DNA of 64,000 bases from Cetorhinus maximus (Eukaryota), in NCBI RefSeq assembly GCF_964194155.1, contig NC_135892.1, positions 74,648,001 through 74,712,000 on the forward strand, written 5' to 3'. Each line of letters starts with the position of its first letter. Positions within the stretch are counted from its first letter, which is position 1. Below the pieces are notes generated by a model. The model did not search any database and was not told where the DNA came from. It was given only the letters and a program-made list of their open reading frames with translations. Both the position numbers and the translations under genes were made by a program. Positions 23,271-36,860 of the stretch are shown here, piece by piece.

Positions 23271-25795
23271 TGCTGACTGCTTAGTTTTATGCATGTGCAG
23301 CTAATGAATTCAATACTATATCTGTGTGCATCCTATAGAGGAACTGCAAGGAAAGGAGATGCAAGCTAACCCTTACGACACCATTAAATAAAAAGCTTTT
23401 CTCTTGTAAAATCCTGGAACCTCTAAAAAAAAGTCAGTAAATCTTACAACAGAGCTGCACAGGCAGTTCCATGAATCTCTCTTACCTTATGGAAAAATTT
23501 CCACTTAATTCACTTTTGAAATTCATGGGACTATAACACAGCCGTGACTTATCACTGCTTTCCAAAATGGTTAGTTCTCCCTCTACTTGCTCTTGCATAA
23601 GTTGGGTGGGCTCTCTCAGGAATCCAAGGATCTACAAGGTTCAGGAACATTGTGACAAGGTAATATATTTATTTGCCAATGCTGTATTTAGAGCTTAACT
23701 TAAAATCATTTACTTTGTGGAGGGAATCTACCAGCATTTTAGTTTTTGTTGCAAATTTTCAGATGGTCCTTTTTTCCCCTCTTTGCTTTAAGTAGTTGGT
23801 CTTTAACTCTTAGACTGTTATCAGGTCCAGGAAATTATAGTTGCTTAGACCAGCAATTTTCTGTTTTACTGAACCTACTGTGCTGTTGAAACAAATTGTT
23901 ACAGTAATGAAGTCACTCTGATGTCTGGAGAAGCTTGCTGCTGCAATATGACGCTGAACTAAAATATTTCACATACAATTTTAAGGAAAAATATAAAGAC
24001 CGCTCACCCAGTCTTTCACTTTATTTTACATTTGGTTTCACTCTTCATTAATTTTCTCTCCCATTTTTGTTATTATAACATTACTTTTTCTTAGTAAGGC
24101 CAACTTAACAATCTATTTGTTTCCTTCTTTCTTTATAAAAAAAATTGGAAAACACTCTTCTTACCAATTTTCTTCTTGCTCCTTGCTCTCAGCATCCATG
24201 TCAAGGGTGGGAACAACTTATAAACAAATGTTCTTTAGCTGAAAACTGACTCCAAAGATTCTTCTTTTAGCTTACTACATGTCAAAAATGTAAAGACTGC
24301 CCTAACCTTGTCAGAGATTTTTAAAAATGCATCAAGCCTTGGGGGGGATCCAACAGACAGGGTATCTCAGCAGCAGTCATGGAATCCATTGGACAAAGCA
24401 GCTCATCCATGTTGCAGTAAGAGTTAATATGACATTTAAACCACAAAGCATAGTAGTATTAAAAGGTACGCTGTACCAATCCACAAAATCAACATGTTCA
24501 ATACCCGAGTAAGAATCATGTCTCGCCATATTTTAGATAGAACACTACAATTCCAATGACAGCCAATCTGCTCCCACATTTTCACACTCTGGAGTGCCAT
24601 CAACTCTTACTCATTCCATTGTCAATTCCTACTTACCAGTTAGTCCTTCATTCAAATTTCCCAGAATGGCAACATCAGAAAAAAAATGCTTAAATCCCAA
24701 TGTGTCTTTTAAATATTTATATTAAGTTGAATGTACTGGGGATTGTGTTTACAGGATGTAACAGAATCTTGATAATTGGATCAACTTCCATAACTGCTTA
24801 AATTTTGCTTTGCTTATTTAAGATATTATCAAATTCCTTTCCTTGGATCATGCCTCTAGAAAGCTTTTCAAAGTATCAGCTACGGCAAATGCAAAAAAAA
24901 AACAAAGTAAGCACATGTTCACAGTCCATACAGAGAAATGTCAGCACAAATAGGTGAAGTCAACGAAAGGGTTAAGTCCAAGTTTTGCTCACAATACCTG
25001 TTTACGCTTTGCTGAAAAACAGTAAAGTGGAACCATTGTTGACCAGATTGATCATAGGAACAAATCTGCTCCTTGTAACCTTGTTTAATGATATGTTGCT
25101 GGGCTCAGCACCTTGCTGTAGCTGTGATTCTTCACTGGCCTGGCCCGCATGATAGATCACAGTGGGAGGCTGATGGCGCAATCACTCACCAGCAGCCACT
25201 GACACCTGCACTGGTCTGACACCCGTCCCCCTGGACGGATCAACCAGGCAGCTCGGCCTACCGGGAGATGAAGGAGAGTAGTGACAAAATGATTCTGCAA
25301 ACCAGCTAAATAAAAGTTCTGCCCATGAAAAAAAAACTTTTTATTTTCTGTTAAGGACTTTGTACCTGAAGATAGTCCTGATCTGTAGCCTTGTTGATTT
25401 AGGTCGCAGATCTTGCAGGGTCTCTGAATATATAGGTGCTGTGATTAACCTGAAAACCTGTAATATATTCTGTATGGCAAGTGGTGTCACAGAAACCCTG
25501 ATATTTTCCTCGGCATTCTTTTCTAAACTTGTGTACAAACAGATTTGTTAAGGCTATCACATATATCAGTGTGTTCAGGTACTTCCTTAAGAGGCAGAAA
25601 CAGAAGCATGCTTAGCTGTCCAAACCAAATCTAGAAAGCTGGTACGTTATTAAATTAGCCTTGGAACGTGGAGAATATTTACATTAAGTGTTTGAATGGT
25701 ACCATTTTTTTGCTTCTCTTTAAGTTGCATATGAACATTAGATAGATAAGTTATGAAACCATCATTCAGTTGATTCTTAGCCCTTTCCAGAACCA

Positions 25796-26390
25796 TAATA
25801 ACTTGCATTTACATAGCACCTTTAATATAATAAAACATCGTAAGACACTTCACAGGAGCATTATCAAACAAAATTTGACACTGAACCACATAAAGAGTTA
25901 TTAGGACTGATCACCAAAAACTTTGTCAAAGAAATAGCTTTTAAAGAGCATCTTAAAAGAGGAGGGAGAAGTAGAGGAGCAGAGAGATTTAATGAAGAAA
26001 TTCCAGAGCTTAGAGACCACGCAACTGAAGGCATGGCCACCAATGGTAGGGTGAAAGAAATAAAGGATGTATAAGAGATAACTGGAGGAGTGCGGATACC
26101 TCTGGGTGGGGAAAGGGGGCGGTTGTCGGGGGCTACAGGGAGTTACAGAGATAGGGAGGCTGAAGCCATGGAGGGGTTTAAAAACAAAGATGAGAAGTTG
26201 AAAATCGAGGCACAGAAAATCAATGTAGTTCAGCAAGCACAGGAATGATGGGTGAATGGGAATTGGTACAAATTGGAATACAGACAGCAGAATTTTGGAT
26301 GAGCTTAAATTCAAGTGTGTGTAAGACGGGAGTTCAACCAGAAAAGCATTGAAATAATCAGGAATAGAGGTTGAACATGGATGAGACAAC
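25796..26390 (-). mobile_element. L2-type LINE 3' end
   Basis: ORF 25901-26449 resembles a decayed L2 RT C-terminus (LLIFVFKPLHG...IGGHAFSCVVSKLWN...FKMLFKSYFFD). The 3' terminus is cttgcatttacatagcacctt. Confidence 0.8.
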
Positions 26391-28350
26391 TTGAACATAT
26401 CAAGAATTTCCATTACTATGATGGCACACTGATTAATGTGCCACACCACAGAATGGCATAGGTCATAGATTCTGTAGCACTATTTCTTTCATGGGAAAGC
26501 CTTTTCTTCTTTCTGGGGGGGGATAAGTCCAGAAAAAGAAAGCTCCTTCCCCACAAGGAGAAAACTAGAAACCAGTCAACTGCTGACATGCTCACACATC
26601 AGTCAGTGGCTATTACAGACAGGACTAGAGACCCACGCATGGCTACTTGTTCAATCAGGAAAAATTTGTGGGACCCAAGTTAAAAGCAAGGAAACAATAG
26701 AAAAGATGGGTCTAAGTGCAATGCATATGTAAGTGATGTATTATTATAGTTATGTCAAATGCACAGTGTCCCTGGTGATGGTACAACCTAAATACCACAA
26801 CCATGCTACCAGCATTATTTGCAGCCACCATTTCATTTTTTGTATGAGTAATTTCAAGCTAATTTCACATTATTTAATATTTTCCCCTCATTTAAAAACA
26901 TATACATTTCCTCTATTTGTGAGAATATTTCTAGTATTCCCTAATTATGGTGAAATCAGAAATAGATGTATTAAGGAATGCAATTATTAATACATAATAC
27001 AAAGCCAACAATGGAAATATTCTTCCTATGGAAACTATTTCCTCTCACCCCACCCCCTCATTTACTAATACATTGCTTAACACTGAGAATTTTGGTAGAT
27101 AAACTGTACTGAGACATCACTTTACATTATCCATGAACCAACCATTGTACAAGTGAGAATTCCAGGGAATGAATAGTCCTCTCATTCTTCCTTCCATCCT
27201 TCCAATGAAGAAGCATTCAAGATTTGCCTCTGTGCAAAATGGCAGGCACAAACCCACTTCTTTACGCATTCTTATACTTATAACCTTAAAATAAAAACAT
27301 TTTACTTCTGGTATGAGCAGTATCCATGAACCCAGCATTTGGTTTGCAATATTCATAGTTTTTAGGTGGAGAAATAAACAGGTCTCCACTGGCATGACTT
27401 CCCAATGTGATATCAGGAGGCAGTTCCTTTTGATTTTCTGGAGATAACAAAAATGACTAAAATTCTTTTTAAAATTGTTTCCATTTTTAAGTCAAAAACA
27501 TAGTGTGTCATAGACAGATTATGTTGTGGTCAGCAGTAAGATATGATGAATATCTCCACTCATGAGGCTGACCATAATTCATTTGTGACTTCTCTAATCG
27601 TGAGTTATCTGATCAACCTCAAGAGTAGAGATATTTATCATATCTCACTGCCATGAATGACACAGTCTCTATTTATAACCATTTGTGGTCTCAACTGCTG
27701 TTAGCTGTGAAGTTAGGTTCCCTCAAGGAATAATCATTCTAAACCTTTGGCGAGAAGCATACTTTCATAGGATACCATAACAAAAAGCATAACATTTTGT
27801 TCTATTTTCATATGGTATGAATTGTGAGTCATGTTTTCACTGGTGACACTGTGGAGTTTAGGGAAACTGCCCATGTGCACTCAAATATTGCATGAAACAT
27901 TATTACTGGCCTTGGACTTCCAGTGGGGTTTAGCCATTGGAAATCCAATCAGTTTTTTTTTAAATCAGTAAAACATCAATGGCAACTGACTGGGCTACTG
28001 GAGTTTGTTTTTAACTTTAATCTGTAACCTTTATTTGGCAGAGCTTTGCATCAGCTGCTTTTATATTACAGCTTGGTGCACATTGTTATCGTGCGAGACT
28101 ACATTTAAGGTAGGCAAAACACATGCACATTTGCATTTTATACCGCACTTTTTTGGTACTTTAGAAAATGCTGCACATGCAATATAAAAGCAGCATATAT
28201 GCCCTCATCTACAACTCCTTAGCATTTACATACAACGTTAAACTGAGAAAAATATGTTGAAATTTGGCATAAACTCCTGCAGTGGGCACTAATGTTACAT
28301 GGAAACCGAATGCCAAAATGTTCAGCTTTGGTCTGAGACTGTGATGCATG

Positions 28351-29070
28351 GGAACTTTGGAACGCAAATGGATCATTCAGTGCCTTGAACCTGTTTCATC
28401 ATTCAATTAGATCATGGATTATGATTCATTTACCCACCTTTCCATAACCATTAATGCTCTTACCTAACAAGTATCAAACACAGCTTTGAAATTTCCAATT
28501 GAACTAGCCTCAACAGCTTTTTGGTGAGACAGTTCCAGATTTCCAATATCTTTTGTGTGAAGTTGTGCTTTCTGGCATCATTACAGAATAGCTTAGCTCT
28601 AATTTTAAGGTAATATTCCTTTGTTTAGGAAATAGTTTCTCCCTATCGACACAATCAAATTCTTTGATCATCTTAAAAACCTCAATTAGATCACCCTTTA
28701 ATCTCCTATACTCAAGAGAATACAAGTCTAGGTTATGGTAACCTGTCCTTATAATTTAACCATTCTAACCCCAGCACCATTCTGGCAAATCTATGCTACA
28801 GCCCTTTTAAGGTCCATACATCGTGCCCGAGGTCAGAATCAAATGCAGTACACTAGATGTGGTCTCATCAGTGTTTTACATAACTGTAGCGTAACTTGCA
28901 CCACTTTGTACTCCAGCCCCTTGAGATAAAGGCTAACATTCCATTAGCCTTTTAAATTATTTTGTACCTATCCAATAGCTTTTAGTGATTCCTGTACATT
29001 GACCCCCAAATCTCTGTTTTTCCACAGTTCCGAGCTTCTCACCATTTAGAAAATACTCTGATCTATTTTT
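28351..29070 (-). mobile_element. CR1 LINE 3' portion
   Basis: ORF 28510-28725 reads YSLEYRRLKGDLIEVFKMIKEFDCVDREKLF. The upstream minus-strand sequence resembles LMRPHLVYCI.F. Confidence 0.85.
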
Positions 29071-30134
29071 CTCAAACTGCTAGAAACCATCAGCAGTTTT
29101 CAGACTGGCATCGAATTGGACCTTGTCAACAAAAACTACTGACCCATATTCACTGGAGCTAGTGAACTTACGCTGTTACCTCTGTTGGAAAACATACTTA
29201 TTTTGTATCTTTCTGAACTACAACAGAAGTCTATGACAGGATTAAATAAAATTAATGTCAGTAACAATCATGGCATCTGTGACACTGCTGCATTTGTTCG
29301 TCATCTCCTTCAATCTGTAAAGCAAGCGCACCCAGGATTGCAAATTCTCATCTGTGGAGGCAGTTCTGCTGCAGAACAGTTAGTTGCAGGAAAGATCACT
29401 AATGATGTGCAGTAGTTGATTTTCTCTGTTCCAAGCTATGCTGGCTGGCACTGCTGCTTACCTTGAAGATCTATTAAATATTTTGGTGGCGGAAAATATT
29501 TTGCTTGATGATGTTATGCAACATGACAACACAGTGAAAAAATCATTCCTCCAATCAAATAATTGCGATTCTTTTGCTTATTGATTTCGGTTCTCCTGCT
29601 TTATTCTGAAAGCTATTGAGGTGAAAGCCAATAAAAGTACCCTACAGAATGCTGTAAATGGATGAATCTAACTCAATTTGAGCCTAAATGTGACTCCATG
29701 TCAGTCAACTTGAATTAGTGTGCAAACATATCAGAATTTGCCCTAACTCCAGTTAAAATTTGTGTATGTTACCTGTTTATGTTTAATACAATCTGGTCTA
29801 ATAAAGATGATATGCAGTTATGCAGGGTGCCAGCATCTGTAATCCCTGACTCTTGTAGAGATGCAGGTCTTCCACATAATGGATACAATACAGGAATATA
29901 ATCAGAGTTGTTCCAACTCCACCGCCATAATTTTTGCCAGAAGACCAATGGAAATCCTACTTGTGTGCGAAAACTATTTGTGGCAATGTTTCAGCACCAA
30001 AGCAAGAGTAACTCAATGGATATTCTGGGCCATTGACCATGCAATTAGTAGTAATTTAATTAGAGGACATAATGTGACCATTTAGGGAGTTCAACTATTT
30101 TGCTTCTGTTTTTTTTTACAAATTTTTTCTTTAT

Positions 30135-30495
30135 CCCCTATGCCTCTGTAACTTCCTATAATCCTCCAAGAACTCTGCACTCCTCCAATTCTGGCCTCTT
30201 GTACATCCTTGATGTCCTTCACCCCATTATCAATGATCACGCCTTTAGCTTTCTGGGCCACTCTGGAATTCCCTCCCTAAACCTCTTTTCCTTTCTCTCC
30301 TCCTTTATGATGCTCCTCAAAACCTATTTCTTTGACAAGTTTTTGGTCATCTATACTAATTTCGCCGTATGTAGCTCAGTGTCACATTTGTTTGTTTGCT
30401 AACATTTGGTTTCATATTTTGTTTGATAATGCTCCTGTGAAGCATGTTGGGATGTTTTACTGTGTCAACAATGCCATATAAGTACAAGATGCTGT
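30135..30495 (+). mobile_element. L2-type LINE 3' end
   Basis: YNPPRTLHSSNSGLL...HAFSFLG...MLLKTYFFD. Inverted homologue of 25796-26100. Confidence 0.75.
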
Positions 30496-30799
30496 TGTTT
30501 TTGAAGGCATCTATTCTTGTTGGGGTATAGTTTTCATGGCCTCAGCTGCCTTTTGGTATCTCATCCGAGTGGCCGTTCTTCATGAATGAACCAAGATAAT
30601 AAATGTCAGCAGGTTGATCTGCCATGGGAGCCATTAGATCGGAGCTCAATCCTGTCGTTCTGCAACAACCACGTGTATGCACTTTCCACCAGGGGCCTGG
30701 ACCTTTTACTCTATTTGGATTGGTATTATATTGAGTGCCACCTTTACCCAACTAATTCTTCCTCATCTCGTTAGAATGGACATATGCTACTTGTGGTTA

Positions 30800-30982
30800 A
30801 AAAATGAAAATGCTGGAAATGTCACAGCAGGTTAGTTAGCACCTGGAAAAGAAAATAAGTCAATGTTTTGAATAGGATCATTAAAACTTGAATTCTGACA
30901 AAAGATTTGATCCAAAATTTAGCCTGTCCTTTCTCTTTCAGATGATGCCTAAAGAGTTGCGCAATTCAAGCATTTTCTGTTT
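30800..30982. repeat. Old Penelope-tail-derived inverted repeat
   Basis: aaaatgctggaaat..cagcagg ... agcattttctgttt, a degenerate version of 4903-5290. Confidence 0.5.
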
Positions 30983-31210
30983 CAACTTAAGACTTCCAGC
31001 ATATTTTTAAAATGATCTGTTAAATGATAAAGATAGTGGTTAACATACATGTTTGGATTATCATCCAAGCTGTTTAACATGAGTGAAATGGCTCTGATGG
31101 AGCTCAATGATAAGGCATATGTAGTATGCAAATCAAAATGACATATGCTTCCTCTGCTCTTTATTGTAGATAAAAAAATTTCTATAAACCACAGATCAAA
31201 TCCTCCTACA

Positions 31211-31510
31211 TACATAAGAACAAGGAGCAGGAGTAAGCCATTCAGCCCTTTGACCCTGCTCTGCCATTTAATAAGATCATGGCTGATCTGATAGTAACCT
31301 GAAATTTGCATCCCACCTACCGCCGATAATCTATCACCCCCTTGCTTACCAAGGATCGATCCACCTTTACCTTAAAAATATTCAAAGGCTCTGCTTCCAC
31401 CACCTTTTCAGGAAGAGAGTTCCAAAGCCTCACGACCCTCAGTGAAAAAATTATGCCTCATCACTTTTAAATGGGCGACCCCATATTTTTAAATAGTGAC
31501 CCTTAGTTCT
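31211..31510 (-). mobile_element. CR1 LINE 3' end
   Basis: cataagaacaaggagcaggagtaagccattcagccc...gatcatggctgatct...ttccaaagcctcacgaccctc; similar to 9330-9567. Confidence 0.8.
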
Positions 31511-33039
31511 GCACTCAGAAGTGTTGCAAGAATTACTAGCATTGTGCCAAATTACCTAATTTTATGTCCAAATTCGCAGTGAGAGGCTGTGTTCTAGTCA
31601 CTAGTCTAGATTTAAAATTCAGAATCAAAGTTGGATTTCAAGCCTTCCAAACCAAAATCTGAACTGAAGTTGAAACTTACCAAACAATTTCTGTGTTCTA
31701 TCTTAAGTTGATCAAACCTTTTCCTATTCCAACTAGAATACTGAATGAGAAAGATCTTGAGCAACAAATAATAAATGGCTATAAATGCGACACACCTACA
31801 ACCATTAGTTTCTACGGTCTTTTTGTTAATTCAGACTGTGTTCTTTAGAAAGTCTGAACTTCATGTACTTCAATGTTGAAATCTTTCAATACATAAATAT
31901 ATATGGCTGAAGTTCTCAACCAAGCTCCTATGTGGATTATAGAGCAGCTTCCCCTGTGTTGAAAGGGATAGATAAGACCCAGCAGTATTTTGACATGTTT
32001 ATTGCCATAAATCAGCTTATTCCTTTCCTGTTACACTAGTAGTAATTGGATAGATGAACACTCTGCTCTGCCTCTTCAAATTCCACTAGTCTACCTACAC
32101 GGGATTATATAGACACTCATGCAACTTGAAGCCATCTCCGTTCCCATCTCCAAGGATCTGGCAGGCTCACATAAAAAAAGTTTTTTCCCACTAAATTACC
32201 AGGATCAGATGGATTCTTACTCATAACAAATACATGACATTCCCCCTCCCTTAGACTACTAGAAATCAAATGAATGCTTATCTACAATGAAAGTACACAT
32301 CCTCTCTCCACAAGATCTATGAGAAGCTGAACAAATACATAGCCCCTCTTCACTACACTAAGAAACTTAAATTTTGAAATATAAAAATTAAAGCTTTATC
32401 CTTGGCACTGGTTTCAGTCAGAGATGGCAGAATTCCCTCTGATTGGGAAAAGTTAGGGTGAGAGATGCAAAATACTGACATTGATTTTGTCCTACTGTGT
32501 ATCTGTTTTAAAGGACAGACCTCTTAAAGCCAAATGGCTGAATTAGGTATAAAGTTTCCTAACTCTGTTAATCATATTGAAGTAGTTCAAATTAAATCAT
32601 TTTAAGTTCACAATTTCTATCGAGTTCTGTGATGTCAGGACTGATACACTGCTGCATTGCAGAACCTGTGCTGCTCCTGGTACATGTACTCATCTGAATC
32701 AAACACGCTTTCGACCTAGATGGCATTCAAGGAAGGTGGTCACACCACACAACACATTGTTCAGGAATTCAAGAAAATTGGTTGTTTACAATGAACAGGC
32801 AAGTGATCTTCAGTTTTGTACATTTCTACTACATACATATTAATATTTTCTTTTTAATTTTTTTTTGTTGCTCTCTGACCTTACTGGGCCTTGTGTTAAG
32901 GGCTTGTACTCTATTCTCTGTTTAAACACCCCTCCTCACCACACAATAGTAAATAGCTACTTGGCTTCCATTCAGCATTTCTCAGTACAACACAGTTGAG
33001 ACCAAGAACTCTGAAGCACAGGAGGTTGAGTGTGCCTCC

Positions 33040-33190
33040 CTAAACTTCTTTGCCTCTCTACTTCTATCTCCTTAAAGCCTCTCTCTAATATCTCATGTGA
33101 CTTGCCATCAAATTTTGTTTAATAATGTTCATGTGAAGCTCCTTGGGACTTATTAATTACGTTAAATGCACTATATAACTACATGTTGTT
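33040..33190 (+). mobile_element. Short L2-type 3' end
   Basis: ccctaaac...aaattttgtttaataatgttcatgtgaagctccttgggac...cactatata; resembles 30270-30490. Confidence 0.55.
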
Positions 33191-34039
33191 ACTGAGTTTT
33201 TCCTCTCAATGGTACTTCACCACTGTCCTCCACAAGGCTACTGCCCCAGATATTTATGCTAACATTCAGTACTCAGTACTTTTGAACTTCCAGTTATGTA
33301 ATTCTTTTCCAGAACCTTGCTTTTTATCGCTATCCTCTAAGGCACTCACCAAATATACTTGCTGAAAACAGAATAAAATCACCAACAGAAACAAATATAC
33401 TATTATATGGAACAGTACAATTTGGAGTTTGTTTTGAGAAAATAACACATCTTGGGGCTTGTGCTTGTGGATTGTGATGATGTCCGAACCGATAGAAGTG
33501 TTAGTGCCTCATAACATGCTCCAACCCACATATGAAATATAGAATTCTCCGATTATCTCAAATTCTTGCACTGTTTTTCTCCATTTAAAGGCACATTGAT
33601 GTAATTTGATAAGTTGTTCATGGTGCAACCCATCCTCCCACAGCTATCATTTACATCATTGAATGTGTCTTCATGAGAAAAGTAAATAATTTTTTTTTAA
33701 ATGTAACACTATACACACAAAAAAACATTATAGTACACAAGGTTGTGATACAGCAATTGAGCTTTCTGGGTCAATACTACTAAAATGGGGAGCGAATTGG
33801 TTTCACCATAGTACAGAGCCATCTTATGAATATATTTTGGAAATGTTTACTATATGGCAAAACATATTAAACAGAATAATTCTTCCCAAAAGTAAACTCA
33901 AAGTTCTTTTCAGAGCAGCCTGTTCCTACCTATCCCCGAAATAATCTAGCCAAAATCTCCATTTAGTTTTTTTTTTCCCGAAGTGTCACTCAGATTTTAG
34001 AGACACTGAACCCACATGAACCTTACATTCTAAGCCAAA

Positions 34040-36860
34040 ATATTTAACGGGCAAGAACACAATACCCATGCAACAAATAAAAGTTCGCCCGCCTGCATGG
34101 CTGAATATACCTTAATATATTGGTGTAAATGCTTGTGATATATATTATTTTAAAATGGCAAATTAGAAGCATCAAAGCTGCGAACACGTGCGTGTGTATG
34201 TGTTTCTGTGCGATGCAGCCTGAACGTCGAGCCTCCCCCTGAGCTGTGCCCAGCTCCCCAGCCTGCTCACTGCAGTCTATCAATCACGGCGGGATAATGC
34301 ATAGTGGCTGCACCTATGACAGGTTATGATTGAGTGCTGTGCCCGAGCCCCCTCTATACATGTGGTTCTGTGCTTTTGTCTTGCTTTGGGCCAGTTCGGG
34401 GTCGGGGGGGGGGGGGTGGGGTTCGCACTGGACGAGATCATTTGTATAAATGCGGGCACCTCTTTAAGCCACTACTCTAACAATACTAACCAGCAACAGT
34501 TAAACCCTAATGTACTGAACGCTGCGTTACCGAGTCGAAATATGGACTTTATAGAGTTCAATAATCCACTGTGTGCACCGTGGCCGCCTGTATTCGGTGG
34601 CTAGGCCATGCACTAAACAAAACGAGCCTTATCCTTTTGGAGATTTGATTAATAAACGAATTTCCTTTCCAGTTTTTAATCTCGTCATATTCTCTGACAC
34701 ATAACGGATAGGAAAATAATTCCTGTAAAATTCTAACGTTGACTATTAGAAAGCGACATAGTCAAATACATCGAAGTTCCTCGCCAAATAAAGTGAAACG
34801 CTGAAAGGTTGAGTGTTTTGATTTGAAGCCGCGCTACGCAAAGGGTTAACAGTCCTGCCACTAGATTTCGTTTGATCTCGGGTGATATTTTCAATCCGAT
34901 CCATCACCCAATTAATTCCGGGAAGTTTTCAGAAATGTTAAAACATCATGTACCGAGAACGGTTAAAACAAGACCGAGGCACACAGATTACAGCGTACCT
35001 GTAAAATGTGAAAACACGAGCCTGTCACCTACAGGTGTATGATATAAATTACGAAAGGGCTGTTGGTCAGATTAAAGCAAAGGTCAAGATTCCTTCCCCA
35101 TATCTGACTAATTGATGTTGATGTGTTGATCCGCCATGGCATGAACCGTCAGGTAATTGCAGACAAGTCAGTTTCCTCGGATTGTCAGGAGCCAAAATTT
35201 ATTGTATGAAATTAATGCAGGTTAATTAATTTTTTTAAATATGCAAATAATGAAAATCGTGCTTAGTTTGAAAAGGATAGAAAATACAATAAATTCTGAA
35301 CACGGTGTCCCCGTGTGGATATTAGTCAGGTGGTCAAACTGTGCAAACTGTAATTTACAAAACAATGTTAACAGTTCCTTCGCTGACCCCATACTTTATA
35401 TAAAAAAAAGCACCAGTACGTGTCTACACTGGAATTGTTTTAACAAATGATGAATGTGCATGGCGGAATTATCATTTACAGCTAAATGTTTCAGCAAATC
35501 ACTGATGGTTTGGCTTCCCCCTTTTGGGAAGCTATAAAAAGGAACAATAATGGCTGATAGTTGGCTATAAGTTTTCACAATCACCGGCGGTTTCGAAACT
35601 GGCCGTCTTTAAAAAGGAACATCTGGGGAATGTGCCATATGTTAAAGCTTTGTCTTGTCCTTCAAAGTTAGACTGCCCTTGAAGTGATTTGTCAGTGGGG
35701 CTAAAGTGACAGAAAGAATATGTGTTGCAGCGGGCTGGGTGGAGAAAGTGTGCTTGTGGCTGCCTCTGCAGCCAGCCACTGAACTGATTAGGGTGTAATT
35801 AAAGCCTTAAAGCTTTCAGATGATCCACCTGGTTATTTGCTAAGTCACCAGCTAATCAGCCAAATGAGCTGTTCCAGTGTGCACATCGGGCCAAGAGCTA
35901 TACTGATTAATGAAGTTTATTGGGAGCTGTTAACGGCATTAACTGGAGAAAATCTATGTAATTCGTCATATTTAGTGAGGGAAATTAAATCTCTGCATGC
36001 AAATGAGAACTGGCAACACGCGCGCGCGCACACACACACAATCACAATCTTTTGGAGGTTAAGAAACTGTAAGTGTGCAAGCTGTACAACTGCATCGAGA
36101 GAATTCTGTTATTTCTTTAGTGGTGTGTGTGAGCGCATATGTACTTCTCAATTCTATAAATAAATGTATAGCACACATATGATCGACAGAGCTATTAGTG
36201 GGGCAAGCTGCAGGTAAAGTGGGTTGTTGAGGAATAGAATTAAAATGACAGACGCCGTTTTATTTTTTCAGTTCATTCATTCGCCGTTTACTAATTTAAG
36301 CCGATTGTAAACATTTTAAACGACCTGAATTGGTTCTGCCCACGAACAAAGACGCGTGGGAAAGACGCCTTGGAGAAAAGCAGTTTATTCATTGAGGCTG
36401 ATAAAGGTTGGATACAACAGCAAAGCCTCATTGCTGCTATCATTTGATTTCTCTCCCCTGCATTCGAGGTCACAATGCATATTTTGCACGACACTCAAAT
36501 ACATTTTTTTTGCTCTTCAATAATATAGTATCAACATTATTGAAATTTGCACCAGCCCACGTGCCTAACGATATGCAAATAGTTCCATATAGTGGCGAGT
36601 ACGTAAATAGGCACTCCCTAACATCGTCCCGAAGTTCGCCACTGTAATGTTAGCGCTGAGCTGCAGTAACGAGTTTTAGGTTCTGCTTTTAGGTTACTTT
36701 CTGTAATGGATACGGTTCTGTGAGAACTTTATTTTAAATCATGTCCACACGCGCCAAACCAAATGAACTGGGCCATTTCCATTTCCTGTTGATCAGGCGA
36801 AGATGTGACACAAACTTAAGGCTCCGAAAACAACGCCTCTAACCACACTGCAAGTCTAAG
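34040..36860. promoter_or_regulatory. Repeat-free, CpG-retaining block with clustered candidate enhancers/CNEs
   Basis: Visibly more CpG than the flanks without being GC-rich. Three exact octamers ATGCAAAT (35241, 35997, 36573), several TGACAG/CTGTCA and TAATTA motifs, and no credible ORF. Confidence 0.55.
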
